A stretch of DNA of 64,000 nt from Haliotis cracherodii (taxonomy: Eukaryota): contig NW_027266264.1 in assembly GCF_022045235.1 (NCBI RefSeq), positions 1,674,001-1,738,000 on the forward strand, given 5' to 3'. Shown in pieces: positions 1 through 13,905 of the stretch. The position numbers and the translations under genes were made by a program. Within the stretch, counting starts at the first letter, position 1. The number at the start of each line of letters is the position of its first letter. The notes under the pieces were generated by a model. The model was not told the origin of the DNA and searched no databases. It saw only the letters and a program-made list of their open reading frames with translations.

Positions 1-410
1 TATCGCCGTGGAGCAGCTACAAAACATGGCACTAAATAATTTATTTCTGTATCCGTATTACAAAACGAGTATGGCACTTTGTTAACAAAAATAATTGTGC
101 TTTGTTACAAAATGTAAAAAAAGATTCCTATTCAAAACAAATGACTATTTCCATTGAATGTACACATATTATATTTTCCATGGTGTATATCTCATGAAAG
201 CAATCACGTTGACACCCATGGTGTAGACCAATACAAGTTTGAAGAAATGCCTTTGTGACCGATTGTATAAGATATGCTGTTTCCTCCGGGTATATTTGCA
301 ACCAATGTGTCCCGCGCTGTATCAATCAGTTGCGCCCTTGCGCCACCACCACTGGCTGTATATTTACAATGGTCTCCTCAGACAGGTCATGTGTTCTGTC
401 CCCCAGGGCC

Positions 411-3400
411 ATGTCTTCAGCAGCCGTGCTGATTGCCCTCCTGCTTCTCCAACTCTCCCCGACTGGAAGCACCCTCCTCAACATCCACAACAACAAATAT
501 GACAACCTCGTTGTAGCCATTCACGACAGCGTGCCAGAGAACCTCACCCTCATCTCCGAGATGAAGGTAAGCAAGGTGTAGGATGACGGACAGCGTGCCA
601 GAGAACCTCACCCTCATCTCCGAGATGAAGGTAAGCAAGGTGTAGGATGACGGACAGCGTGCCAGAGAACCTCACCCTCATCTCCGAGATGAAGGTAAGC
701 AAGGGTGAGATGACGGACAGCGTGCCAGAGAACCTCACCCTCATCTCCGAGATGAAGGTAAGCAAGGTGTAGGATGACGGACAGCGTGCCAGAGAACCTC
801 ACCCTCATCTCCGAGATGAAGGTAAGCAATGTGTAGGATGACGGACAGCGTGCCAGAGAACCTCACCCTCATCTCCGAGATGAAGGTAAGCAATGTGTAG
901 GATGACGGACAGCGTGCCAGAGAACCTCACCCTCATCTCCGAGATGAAGGTAAGCAATGTGTAGGATGACGGACAGCGTGCCAGAGAACCTCACCCTCAT
1001 CTCCGAGATGAAGGTAAGAAAGGGTGAGATGACGGACAGCGTGCCAGAGAACCTCACCTTCATCTCCGAGATAAAGGTAAGCAAGGTGTACGTTTCTTCT
1101 TTTAAGAAAATATTTCGAACATGTCCCGAGGCTAATATTTGTTTTGGCTGTCTATTCCCTCACTCAATGGCCATCTGTACGCCTATCTGTACGCTCACCT
1201 CTCTCAGTGTGGCCTTGTTTGTTTGCCTGTCCGTCATCCTACACAGATGCTCATCTGTGCGCCCACCTCTCTCAGGGTGACCTTGTTTATTCTTTTCCGT
1301 GGACATATATCTGTTTGTGTCTGTATTTATCTTTCCAGCTACCTACCTACCTGTCTTGATGCCTCCCCGTGTTAGAATCGATCTTCAGCAAACCATTCTT
1401 GTCGTAAAAGGCAACTAACGGGATCGGGTGGTGAGACTCGCTGATAGTGTTAATGGTTATCGTCTTATCCCAATCACGTCGATCCATGCTCATGATGGTA
1501 ATCACTGGATTGTTTGGTCCACATTCGATTATATACAGACCACTGACAGCAGCGATAAACAAAACAAGAAAGTCTTGATGCCTACTAGGGGCGTTCATTA
1601 AAGATTTCTCCTGACCCACTTCCGATGGACCTAGTGGAATGAAACTTGGCATAGGTATTAGTCTTTCTCCACATAGGAACCACCAAGAGTTACACAGTGT
1701 CACGTATTGAACCAACCGCAAACACAAATGAAGTTGTAATACAGATTTATTCCCTCCCTTAAGTTAATTTTAAAACCCAATAACAATATTTAAATTCAAA
1801 CAAATACCAAATTATTACCATCTACTACTAATACTAATATCTTAATACTAACAGTACAAATGACTACTACTAATAATACAACTATCTACTACTAACAATA
1901 CAACTATCACGGTACACTATCCTGATACTAATAATCTACTTCTAACAATACTAACACTACATGACCATGCTGATTCTGGCTGACTGTACAAATTATTACC
2001 CTGCCCCGCTATTTAAACTGACCCCAAAGCCCAAGCTACCCCTGACCTCCCTATTGTTACACCAATTAACTCCCCAGCTATCACCCGTACCCAGTCACGC
2101 TTCCCTGAACCTAACTTGTTCCCATAGTATTACCTGAAAATATCTAAAAACAACCCGCTAAGCTTAATATACTAATCTAACCATACCATAATACATCTAT
2201 CTGAAGTACTAACATATAATTTATATATACAAGATTATTTGTGATCTTGACACACACTTCTCCCATCGTTTTATGCAACTATGGAGACCTCGCTTGTAAA
2301 AGCCCTCATTTTGCGTCTCAAACCAGGACTTGATCATCTGTGAAACGTTTTCCCTTCAAAAATGACTTCATGGTTGGAAAGAGGTGGAAGTCGGATGATG
2401 CAAGGATTTCACAGCCACAGGACCGCGCTTCTGTCTGGGCAACATGAGAGTTGTGTACTGGAGCATTGTCTTGCAGGAGACAGACATTCTTGGTCATCAT
2501 GCCACGCCTCTTAAACTTGATAGCGTCCCGCAATTTCCACAGCAGTGAACCATAATAAGCTCCTGTAATTGTGGTACCCTTTGCCAGGAAATCCATCATC
2601 ACAACTCCGTGCTGGTCCCAAAACACCGTGAGCATGACCTTGCCTGCAGAGGGTTGGACACGTGCCTTCTTTGGGGGTGGTGACTCCACATGCTTCCATT
2701 GCATCGACTGAACTTAAGTCTCAGGATCATAGTGATGGACTCATGTTTCATCCTGTGTGATAAGTCTGTCAAAAAAGTTTGCCTGTTTTTTTTGGCACAT
2801 GTCCAAAAGATCCTTTGAGCAATTGACTCGTTCCTGCTTTTGGACAGGTGTGAGCAACCTGGGAATCCATCGTGCAGACACCTTATGCATGTTCAAATTG
2901 TCATGGATGATTTTTTCCACAGACCCTACACTGATCTTGACATCTTGTGCTAACTGGCGAACAGTTATACGTCGGTCTGCCAAAATGGCGGTGTCCACTT
3001 GATGGATAGTGTCCTCATCAATGGCTAAATTGGGTCGACCAGGAATGGCAGCGGTTTCCACAGATGTCCGACCACAGTTGAACTGGCGATGCCATTGTTT
3101 AACAACATCATATGATGGGGCATCTTCCCCATAAGTTGCTTTCATTTCATCGAAAGTTTCTTTTGGTGTGCGACCTTTCAAATATAAAAAAACCCTAATC
3201 ACTGCTCCGTATTCTACTGGCTCCATTGTCACACCCTACTCGATCATAACACCTGTAAAAGTGGTAAGATTTATAGTTCGGTGCTGCAAATTCAGACATA
3301 ACCAAAGGATACATGTATCATTACACATGTGAAATTTCAACCAAATATGATAACCCTAAGTGGTTTAGGGGAAATCTTTAATGAACACCCCTTGTAATTC

Positions 3401-6400
3401 CACATTTAAACTCCATCGTCCGATCCTTGGTTGATAGGTCATTTTATAAAGACAAATGTCCAGTTGAAAACATAAACCACCGGGTAGGAGGGTGGATAAA
3501 ACCAGTAGACTATGCGTATTTCTGACCAACTTCGGCATGCCATGAGTCGCACCTCGGGCGTGTCCCTAACAACAATAAACCGCTTACAGCATTGTCAGTC
3601 TGAGCTGGTTCACCCTGACTGTTAAATTCATAGTCACTAAAACAGATGGCAGGGCAATGCCTTTTGAATTTAAATAAACTGGGGTTTATTTCTACGGCCT
3701 GAACTAGTATCCTTATTTCTTCAAAGCTTGACATCTGCCATGCACCGTTCTATGTGTACAGAACGCAGAATAAAATCAAGAAAATTTGAAACTTCAGAAC
3801 ACAGTAGAAAAACAAAGGTGGAAGGCACTTCCTATGATATGATCGTCATGTATTTCTTACAGAGCATTATCAGCGATGCGTCCTCCGCGCTGTACAAGGC
3901 AACTAGGAAACGCTCCTACATAGGTAGTGTCACGTTCCTTATCCCGGGCACATGGTCTAAACAGCCAGCTTGGGCCAATGCGAAGGATGAGACATTTGAA
4001 GAGGCAGATATCCGAATCGACCAGGCGTCTCCAGTGTATGGCAACAACCCCTACACGGAGCAGCCCGCTGGATGTGGCGACCCCGGGGAGTACATCCACC
4101 TCACCCCGGAGTATATCCTCAACCCTCACTACAGGCTCACCAACTGGGGCGAGGGAGGTAGGTGGCCATCGGTCTTCATCTCGCGACATTGTCATTGCAA
4201 AGCCTAACATCTACACTCAATGATGGAAGATGGGCAGGGTATGTTGTATAGGCAGACGCTGGTGAATTGACAAGTGCTTGGCAGACGCTCATGGATGGGC
4301 AGACTGCTGTATGGCGGATGCTGTTGTGTGGGCGGATGCTGTTGTATGGGCGGATGATGTTGGGGGCGGATGTTGCTGTTTGGGGGATGGATGCTGTTTT
4401 GGGGGGCGGATGCTGTTGGGGGAGGGAAATGCTGGGGGGGGGGGGGGGGAATGCTGTTGTATAGTCATATTATGTAGCATGTAAAATGTTATTACGTACA
4501 GGTTTCTCTTATGCCATACTGTTTACCATATGGCCAAGTAGACATGTGAATTTGATTGGATAATTAAGGAAATAATGTATTCATAAAATAACAAACAAAC
4601 GCTTGGAATACGTTCTGCAGGTCGGACGCTCGTCCACGAATTCGCGCATCTCCGTTACGGAGTGTTTGATGAGTATGGACTGAACACCGCGGAATTCCCC
4701 AAATTCTACTTGGATGACAACACCTTGATGCCAACTGGGTGTACAAACTCCATCAAAGGTCACCCTCAAGGGAACTGCACCCTCGATCCGGCGACGCACC
4801 TGCCGGGGAGCGACTGCTACTTCCTGGCGGACATAGACGGGAACTCCGCCAGGGCGTCCATCATGAATGACCTCTTTGTCAAATCGGTAAGCAGTAACAA
4901 GGCCGGATCCAACAATTTTAAAAGAAGGGTTCCAAAATATCAAAATACTCTCTCAAAATAATACAGTTCCGGATCCCCCCATCCCCGCTCAATTTGGATC
5001 ATGGGGCATGGAATAAATATACCTTTGTATAGACATATTTTGTGATATGAAACATGTCATTTATTTATCATTCGGTAAAATAAAGGCCAACAGTACGCTT
5101 TCACAGCCAAATGTAACGAATAGACTATTAAATGTTTGGTGTCACGACCCGATGTTGGGATTGTGGGCTGGATGCATCATATACACAGCGGAATAAGCCG
5201 ATCTAACTCGGAATCTTGAACAAATCACAGCGCCATCTGGCGTTCTTATTGGGAATGTTTCCCTTTAGTTTTCGGTGTCCTTTTGTATTCGCAGACGTTC
5301 TGCAGTACACATTGTCCTTTGTTTCTGGACGTCTTTTCTTTACTATCTATATATCTTATGTTGTTCTTTGAGTTTCATTATTCATATGCAAATATCAATT
5401 GTCGTTGCTAAAAAATAATTAGTCTAGATTATTCACCAAAACAGATAAATATTTGGCGTAAGGTCAAAATAGGTGTGAAAATTATATGAATGGACCACTG
5501 AAAATCAGAGATGACACCTGTTGGCTGTTACTGCGTACTGTCGATCTTTACGTTTCTACTTATGTAATTTATGTCCCAGTGGGCAACTGTAGGTATCAGT
5601 ACCTTCGAGATGTAAAGGGGAGTTTGTGCTTTACAAATGTCGTGAATTTGTGTAACTGGGTGTCTGGAATCTCTGTGGGTTTATTGCTTCAAGCAATTGG
5701 ATTGGATACAAGTAGAAACGTCATTCTTACTAACAATTAATGTGTCAGTATTCATAAGATTTGATGTTACATTAACATTTGAAAATGCTGCACTGACACC
5801 ACGCCACTGTTTGATATGTGTAAAGATTGTTTTGGGCTGTGCTGATAATTTCACGATTGTTGTAATGTATATCTTTGAAAAGTTTCTGTGGAGAACGTTA
5901 TGTTGTTATTTTAGTGTTCATTTATGATTGTAACATGAAGGTTTAATATGCGTAACTGCCAAAACACACTACAGTATATTAATTGGTATTTGTGATATTT
6001 ACTGGCTTGTTACCAGTACATGTAAAGACTATATTCAAGGTATGTTGTGAGTTATGGATCGGGTTGACTAACTTTCCAAACTACCTGGCTCTTTAATGTG
6101 CAGGTAACTACATTTTGTGAGAGTAATTCCAATGACCCGGATTACCTCCACAACGACCTGGCCCCGAACCAGCATAACAAGATGTGTAGGGGGAGGGGCA
6201 CCTGGGACATCATCTTGGAGAACCCAGACTTCGCGGGAGGAGCCAACCCGCCCGTCAACAGGACAGAGGCGGAGATAAGACCTACATTCAATGTCCTGTT
6301 CAACAATAAGACCACCGCACACATCGGAGGGGAGGTCTGTGGGAGACCCGTTATCCTGGTCCTGGACCTTTCCGGCTCAATGGTATCGGTAAGTTTTGAT

Positions 6401-9400
6401 TGGAGACGATAATGCTACAGAGGTGGCTGAACAGTTCAGAGCCTAACTACGAAGGGCGTATAGTACACCCTAACAGTTTACATGTGTGAAGTACACCACT
6501 TCACATGCTTACAGGGGCGGTCGGGTAGCCTAGTGGTTAAAGCGTTCGCTCGTCACGCTGAAGACCCGGGTTCGATTCCCGACATGGGTACATTATGTGA
6601 AGCCCATTTCTGATGTCCCCCGCCGTGATATTGCTGGAATATTGCTAAAAGCGGCGTAAAACCATACTCACTCACTCACTCACTCACTCACTCACATGCT
6701 TACAAGCTACACTGGGACCAAAAACACAACCTGGCTGCACATTTCTGCGGGCATAAAAGCCAAAAGGTATTCTCTTTTGATGAAAATGGACAAAATTGAC
6801 TACCGTACTGTCATCAAGTCAGTGAAAGGACTATCTCCAACAGCCATCCATGCAGACATGATGCCGACTTTCGGGGTTGATGTTCTTTCCTTTACCACTC
6901 ACCATATGTCACATAGCAATTAGAGTAGGCATCTCTCATGAGAGGAGAGTTCAGAACAATCGGAGGAATGAACTCGGCATGACAAAGGTTTCAACACACT
7001 GGGTTCCACGGCTTCTGACTCCTGATCAGAAACAGTCCAGGTTTTCTCTCGTGCAAATTTAGCAGAGCCATCTGATCTTTCCACCTCTTCCCAAAGGAGA
7101 GGGTTTTACTGTTCTCCACTTGTGATAATGTTGAAAAATGATTAACAACCAACTCCATCAATGCACATGCAGTCCATCATACTTAGGCTCAGAATGTTTC
7201 AGCCACTCCTTCTAGGTCTTAATGTACGGTTTGTCAAATATGAATGTTAAATACCAGAAACCAAGCTCTGGTACTCACAGTATCTGTTTCTGGTACACTT
7301 GACGCCATAGGCATGTTATCTTATGCAAATTACTGTATGGAGATTGAATTGTCTTTCAGAACAACCGCTACTTCAAACAAAGTCAGACAGCGGACAAACT
7401 CATCAGAGACATCCTCCCCGTGGGAACAAAGGTCGGCGTGGTAACGTTTTCTACCACTGCGTCTACAAGAATATCTCTGACGTCGTTGTCAACAACCTCT
7501 GACAGAGACAGGGTGTCCAATCACCTGCTGAAACGGCAGGACTACGGGGGTGGTACCGGGATTGGAAATGGACTCCTTCATGCTAAACAGGTAGACAGAA
7601 CATACGATTATGAAAGTACATGCATGTTTTATCTTATATAGAATTCGTATTCGTCAAACTATTGCTGATGAAAGACTACCTTCCACTTACTGTTGTTTTT
7701 GTAAATGTGGTTCACACATGAAATACTAACTGTTGCCCCCAGATGCTGCAAGGTATAGGTGCATTAAAGGAAGGCAGGATAGTGCTGATCACAGATGGAG
7801 AGGAGAATGTATCCCCTTATGTAGCTGATGTGAAAGGAGAACTGATCCAAGCAGGAGTCCGGGTACATGCAGTGGCATACAGTAGTGCGGCTGCCGTGGC
7901 TATAGGGAAACTAGCTAATGAAACAGGTCAGTCAAGTTACACCGGGGCAAGTCTGTCTGCCTGTCTGTCTCTCTCTAACTGTCTGTCTGTCTGTCTGTCT
8001 GTCTCCATTGATTGGAAGTTGTTGCTAAGGAATATTTCATTAAACAACGCAAGGTCTTCTTACTGGCCTGCTTCTGTTTGTCAGGTGGTCAGTACGCCTA
8101 CTACTCCGAGGGCGCCACCTCCACCGTCCTGGACAGCGTCATCGAGACGTTGATGAAAGACATATCTATCTGTAACCACAGGGTCCGTATTGAGGTTCGT
8201 TGATGACATCGTTTCAAATCAAGTCATGTAAGTAGTCATACATTCCTCGTCGGTAAATGTCATCAATGATGACAGCATGTCATCCATGATGACAGCATGT
8301 CAAGACCACTGTTGGTTCGAATGGTGAAATATAATAAGAAAGTTTACAAATAAAGTTTACACAGTTGACTTTTACTAGTCCTGTGTGTTTGTCAGTCCGA
8401 TAGCCTTAAGCAACCCTAATTCCTTTTCGACTTTCTTGCGCTTGGATTGTGTAAGATGCCTAGCTTGGTCGGAGGCAAATTATGCCATGCACTGCATTGA
8501 CTCACTTGTTTCCTCAAACTCAAGGGGACAGAAACTTAGAATACCCGGATTTTGTTCCTATGGCCTTAACTATGACAGTGTCCCCCTTTCCATTACCTGT
8601 TCATTGTGAAGATGTCTGTGTCCAGACACGGGGAGTATATGAAGTGGACCCAAATATGTACGATATATTTTGTGACGATTTAATCCTGTTCTTTCGAGTT
8701 AACTGATATAGAACAGTCATTTCTTCAACTTCCGCGTTCAGGGCCAACTTGGAGGATAAGGTTCAAGGCCATGACTATGGTTTCTGAACCAGCGTAATTT
8801 CAGGTTTAATTTCAGATAATGAGAGTAGCTAAGCCTTTAATTCCCACGACACCCGTTGAAGACGTCATCACCATGGACGCTACAGTTGGGAATGACACGA
8901 TGTTCGTCTTTACACTCCCGCGTGGAGCATCAGTGACGGTGAGTATGTTTCCTCCATTGCGGCTTCATACTTCAAGTTATTTAACAAAGCTTGGTTGCCA
9001 CGAGAAGCTACATGTAGATGGTTTTATGCATTTCCTTATTGTGTTTAGGTAACCCTGACGTCACCTACTGGCATCAAGTATACCTCAGCTAGTCCTGAAT
9101 ATTCCCTCGACAGCAAACTCAACATTGTCAGATTCAACTTCCAGAAAGCGCAGGTATCATACTTCATTACTTATATAATCATGAGCCGTTTCTGTAATCA
9201 CCAAGCCAAGCATGATAGTTGCATTTGTTTCTGTATTAAGACAGGAGTATGGCGCTATTCGCTGTTGAGCCCGACGCCTGGCACAGTGACACTTGTGGTG
9301 AAGGCGCTACCTGGGGATCACACACAACCCTATGAGATTACTTCCTGGCTGTCCTCCACGGGCGCCGACCTCTCCGGACCTAACCCCACTAAACCTGTCG

Positions 9401-12400
9401 TCTACGTCAGTGTACGAAAAGGATATTCCCCCGTCGTTGACGCTGATGTAACAGTGACGGTGGAACGACCATCTGGGCCTCCCGCGACGTTAAAACCTAT
9501 GGACAAGGGGACGTGTAAGTATACCATAGGTCTTTGTAACAGATTTTGGGTAATAGGGTTTGTAAACCGTAGTGTATATGTAATCCGTAGTTATTGAGAG
9601 AGTATGGGTAATGGGATGTGTATGTACTCTGTAGTTATTGAGAGGGTGTGGGTAGTAGGGTGTGTATGTATAGCATTTGCTTGGAATTGCACAACGTCCC
9701 TATGTGTGTTTCTAACATGGCCGTGTTGTATAGGGTTGTGTAGAGGACCTCAGGGACCTGGCAACATATACTGACCATGAGGCTTCTGGAGGTGATACAA
9801 GTAATAGACACACAGCCTCGAGGTGCCTGTATTATATATACTTTAAATGTTAAGTTACTGCCTATAACAGGACCAGGTTCGATCCGGAGTTCATGAAAGT
9901 GTAAGTACATGTTCAGACATGACTCTTGTTTACTGTTTTGGTGGTGTGTACATGGAATGAGTTGCAGATCCTCCAGCTTCATTAATAAACAAGTGAGGCA
10001 ATGTCACTGCTTACATTTGCTGGCACGGACGTGCGTGTGTCTCTGCATTACTTTATTCACTTGTTCTATCCACAAAATATGCATTTCTATAATACATATT
10101 AACATATTCCATGCAATCCTATGTCCCTACATTGAGAGAGGCCGTCACATGCTTGTGTTCCAGTGCCGGACAACAAGGCTGATGACGGGGTGTATTCTGT
10201 GTACTTCACCCAGTTCACTGGCAACGAGAGGTACTCCCTGGATGTGGACGTGAGAACTATCGCCCACAAAACACGCTACTTCCTTCAGGGGGGTCCTGCC
10301 TTCGGGAGGGCCAACTCCAGATACCCCAGTATGTTTGTATCTGTGCCACACTAAGGGCATCATTTCTACACACATTGCATTGAATCCATTGATTCAGTGC
10401 ATCTATTTCGTACACGATACTCACCGCCAAAAGAAACGCCAACTATAGAAACATATGAAGAAGTTTGTAAGTTAAGAAGAAAAAGAGAAAAACTATCAGT
10501 CAACAGAGTGTCTTTATTCTTATCACGATATGCTGCATGTGATTTCCAAACTTTGCACGTTAATTCTCTACGCGACAAATGGGACATTTCAAGTCATGGA
10601 TCTCTGATGTCACATTTGAAACAACATACCAGTATGTTCGTTTGTGCATTGAACCAATCTAATATCTCATGCATGTGGGTCATTCTTCATATATTAACCA
10701 ACACATATGTTATTCGCTTTTCTTTTGTCTATGGATCAAATAGAGCATAATGTGTGCACTCACTCATTAATAAGCACTGAAAGATTGTAACCGAATCAAT
10801 TGAACTTTGAATATAATGGTAAATTGTCCTTATATCTCAAGGCGTCCTCTGTAACCTTGTAGCCTTGTTGTCCGTGTTTACCAGATACCACAGCCACTGT
10901 AAAAACTGTGGATGCCGACAGCTTCACCCGCACCACGTCTCCTGGTGCCATGGACGTTACTGGATTTGTACCTGGAAAAGACGTGTATCCCCCTGGTAGA
11001 GTCATCGATCTCAAGGTCGTCACTTCCAGTGCAAATATTGGAACAGTGACCTTGACCTGGACTGCCCCTGGGGACGATCTCGACGTTGGCACTGGTGAAT
11101 ATTTTGGTTTATTGTGTTCCGGATTATATAGAAGCAATGTTATCGAAGTTGAAGGAAATAGAATACAACAAAAAATTATTCCGGTGTCCGAGGATGGGTG
11201 GGAGGTTGCTAGCTATATTTTCAGCTATATCTTCAAAGCCAGATAGGTATTTACTTTAGAATGTGAGCCTAAAAAACAGCTTGCAGCAATGTACTTTTTG
11301 TGACTGACAATATCATCTTTTTCAACTGTCAGAAGTACATTTATCTGAGGTTGGCATAGTGGGTTTACTAGGGTTGATGATCAATTCTTCATGCATTATT
11401 TTTCATAGTGATTGCAATAGGATGAACCACATATGTAAATCGCGACTGATAATTATTTGCTGATAATCATTTTCTAAGATTTTGGATCACATCTACACCG
11501 TCATTTATGGTGTTAAAAAACAAGTGGACCTACATTTGTGTTTTGCAAAGCTTCTTTGGGCTGCTTAATTAGTACTTTTCTAAAGATGTACCAACTATTT
11601 CCGTTATAGAGATTGCAATTGGAGGGACCAGATTTTACTAAATATTTACTTTTAACCATTTTCTGAAATATGGGTTCATCTCTCCCGTCATATATAAGGA
11701 TCAGAACCGGTGGGCCCACATTTGTAAATCGTTTGGCTGAGGTTCACGTAGTAAATCCGCATCTTCCGGAGGCAAGGGAGTTAACTGTCAACACAAGTCA
11801 CGTTTATAGTCAGTCCTTGCTTCGTGAGGACGGTGAACAAACATTTGCACATAATTTACATTGATAAAAAGTAACAAAAGCAAGTTCGTAATACTGTGTT
11901 TTTGGACGTAGTTCATACTACAGGCGCAGTTTGTTTGGAATGTGTGCCCACCTCGAATTTTTGATTAGGCAAACAGAGTTAGCTGCCATCTCGAACCAAC
12001 GACATTTCTATATTATATTGTCACTCTTGCAGATTTATGTCTTTTTGTAAATCAGTATTCTAAATTTAATTTTCAGCTTCCAGATACGAAATACGAATCG
12101 CAGAAACTTATAAAGAACTGCACACAGATTTCTCGTCGTGCCAAAAGGTGACACAATCTATGATATCCGGACCTGTGGCGCCTAAACCGGCCGGCAGCAG
12201 AGAGAAGATGACGATCAAGACCCCAGTGGGTTGGACGACCGTCTGGTTTGCCCTGGTGACCTTTGATGAAGTCAATCACGCATCTGAAAAATCCAACATA
12301 GCTGTGGCAACTTTCAAACCAGTAAAGATGAATGGCCTAGTAACCGCCGAAACAACACGCCTAAAGACTGGACAGTCGGTGACCGCACGACCTATGACAA

Positions 12401-12603
12401 CGACGGCTCCAAGCGCAGGTATGATCGGCGCTATTGTGGGCGGCACGTTAGGCGGTGTTGCTATTGTTGCAGCAGCTGCTGTTGTTATAGCTAAGATGTT
12501 CATCAGCAAGAAGGTTCTCCATAGGCCGTCAGACCCGCAGGATGCCCCAATGACCGAGCCAGCTGTTCCTAACAAGTCGGTTTTCTTACAAATGAAATAT
12601 TGA
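411..12603 (+). CDS. CLCA: Calcium-activated chloride channel regulator (CLCA)-like protein, complete, 13 coding exons
   Basis: Exons with GT-AG boundaries and matching phases: 411-566, 3863-4157, 4621-4886, 6104-6388, 7360-7590, 7743-7926, 8085-8194, 8816-8938, 9049-9153, 9241-9514, 10164-10328, 10885-11094, 12077-12603. Signal peptide; CLCA N-domain (PYTEQPAGCGDPGEYIHLTP); zinc motif HEFAHLRYGVFDEY; VWA MIDAS DLSGS and LITDGEEN; DDGVYSVYFT; FN3-like PPGRVIDL and LTWTAPGDDLDVG; C-terminal TM helix; AATAAA near 12990. Confidence 0.93.
525..1090 (+). repeat. 63-64 bp tandem repeat x9 made of the CLCA exon 1 3' end plus splice donor
   Basis: Unit gacagcgtgccagagaacctcaccctcatctccgagatgaag|gtaagcaaggtgtaggatgacg starts at 525, 589, 653, 716, 780, 844, 908, 972, 1035. 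Confidence 0.95.
1375..1570 (+). mobile_element. Interspersed SINE-like repeat (family B)
   Basis: Shares gggatcgggtggt and actggattg..tggtcc motifs with copies at about 28690, 37575, 42352 and 46135. Confidence 0.7.
1585..3394 (-). mobile_element. Mariner-type DNA transposon, defective, in CLCA intron 1
   Basis: TIRs (ctaggggcgttcattaaagatttc / gaaatctttaatgaacaccccttg) flanked by TA. Transposase motifs WIPRLL, TQDET, LQDNAPVH, SSDFHLF are split across ORFs 3232-2741 and 2704-2318. The C-terminus WEKCVTLGGSYVEKD is interrupted by an insertion. Confidence 0.92.
1698..2252. mobile_element. Solo LTR nested in the mariner transposase C-terminus
   Basis: TGTCA...TGACA termini and a 5-bp TSD (cacag/cacac). 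Removing the insert restores mariner codons W-E-K-C-V-T-L. Confidence 0.75.
4295..4460. repeat. Degenerate ~18 bp G-rich tandem repeat
   Basis: Repeated gcggatgctgttgt(a/g)tgg units ending in a poly-G run. Confidence 0.7.
6514..6691 (+). mobile_element. tRNA-derived SINE (family A) with (CACT)n tail
   Basis: A box tagcctagtgg, B box ggttcgattcc, (ctca)n tail and 13-bp TSD tcacatgcttaca on both sides. Confidence 0.9.
6780..7062 (+). pseudogene. Degenerate mariner transposase N-terminal fragment
   Basis: MDKIDYRTVIK..KGLSPTAIHADM and ELGMTKVSTHWVPRLLTPDQK in broken frames. Confidence 0.75.
10418..10570 (-). mobile_element. Terminal fragment of a Tc1/mariner-type MITE (same family as 23113-24237)
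   Basis: TIR ctcaccgccaaaagaaacgc; reverse-complement match to about 24060-24237. Confidence 0.7.
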
Positions 12604-13103
12604 AATACTGAACGATGACTGCAGGGAAATTTGACATGTAATCACGATCAGTTGTTGAAATTTAATGTATACGATATTCCACTTGATCACACTTAAACTT
12701 CGTGTTTGTCCATCAACCACAAATGACATTATCTGACAAGGCTTGTACAGAGATCATTGCTGAGTCAGACCAGAGACAGTGTATGTCTAGAGTGAAAATG
12801 ACAATGAGTATAGATTGTTGTCCTTAGCTTGGACACGGCATGAGGTCAATGACGTATACAAAACGAAGACATTTATTCATACTTCTAATTCACAATGATG
12901 TGTATAGATGAAGTAAAATACATTTCCACGATGTTTCCCTTATATATGTATCATATATGTATATGTCTGCGTGCGTGAAGTGAATAAGCAATAAATACAT
13001 TCATAATTTAGCACTGATATCAACCTTTCACACCATCCAACACAGACGTATGGCAGTTGCAAGTACACCAGGTCGTGGAGGAACGCCCACAGTGATGCAG
13101 TTA

Positions 13104-13905
13104 GTGAACAATACCACTTAGGTTCTCGTCACCCAGGGGTGAACAATACCACTTTGGTCCTCGTCACCCGGAGGTGAACAATACCACTTAGGTCCTCGTC
13201 ACCCAGTGGTGAACAATACAACTTACGTCCTCGTCACCCTCTGGTGAACAATACCACTTAGGTCCTCGTCACCCTCTGGAGAACAATACCACTTAGGTCC
13301 TCGTCACCCTGTGGTGAACAATACCACTTAGGTCCTCGTCACCCAGAAGTGAACAATACCACTTAGGTCCTCGTCACCCAGAGGTGAACAATACCATTTA
13401 GGTCCTCGTCACCCTCTGGTGAACAATACCACTTAGGTCCTCGTCACCCTCTGGTGAACAATACTACTTAGGTCCTCGTCACCCATCGGTGAACAATACC
13501 ACTTAGGTCCTCGTTACCCTCTGCTGAACAATACCACTTAGGTCCTCGTCACCCTGTGGTGAACAATACCACTTAGGTCCTCATCACCCAGAGGTGAACA
13601 ATACCACCTAGGTTCTCGTCACCCTCTGGTGAACAATACCACTTAGGTCCTCGTCACCCGCTGGTAAACAATACCACTTAGGTCCTCATCATCCGGAGGT
13701 GAACAATACCACTTAGGTCCTCGTCACCCAGAGGTGAACAATACCACTTAGGTCCTCGTCACCCAGAGGTGAACAATACCACTTTGGTCCTCGTCACCCG
13801 GAGGTGAACATTACCACTTAGGTCCTCGTCACCCAGAGGTGAACAATACCACTTAGGTCCTCGTCACCCAGAGGTGAACAATACCACTTAGGTCCTCGTC
13901 ACCCT
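13104..13905. repeat. 35 bp minisatellite, about 23 copies
   Basis: Unit gtgaacaataccacttaggtcctcgtcacccNNNg. Confidence 0.95.

Noticed and set aside
5140-5935. Second solo LTR (starts tgtcacg, possible end tgtaaca)
   Set aside because: No matching target-site duplication could be found.
6514-6590. tRNA genes (also at about 27020-27091, 26240-26316, 34490-34790)
   Set aside because: They are SINE heads: followed by SINE bodies and tails or tandemly degenerate, with no convincing complete cloverleaf.
13104-13905. CRISPR-like array (35 bp repeat with a small palindrome)
   Set aside because: No unique spacers (only about 4 variable nt), no cas genes, and a eukaryotic intron-containing context.
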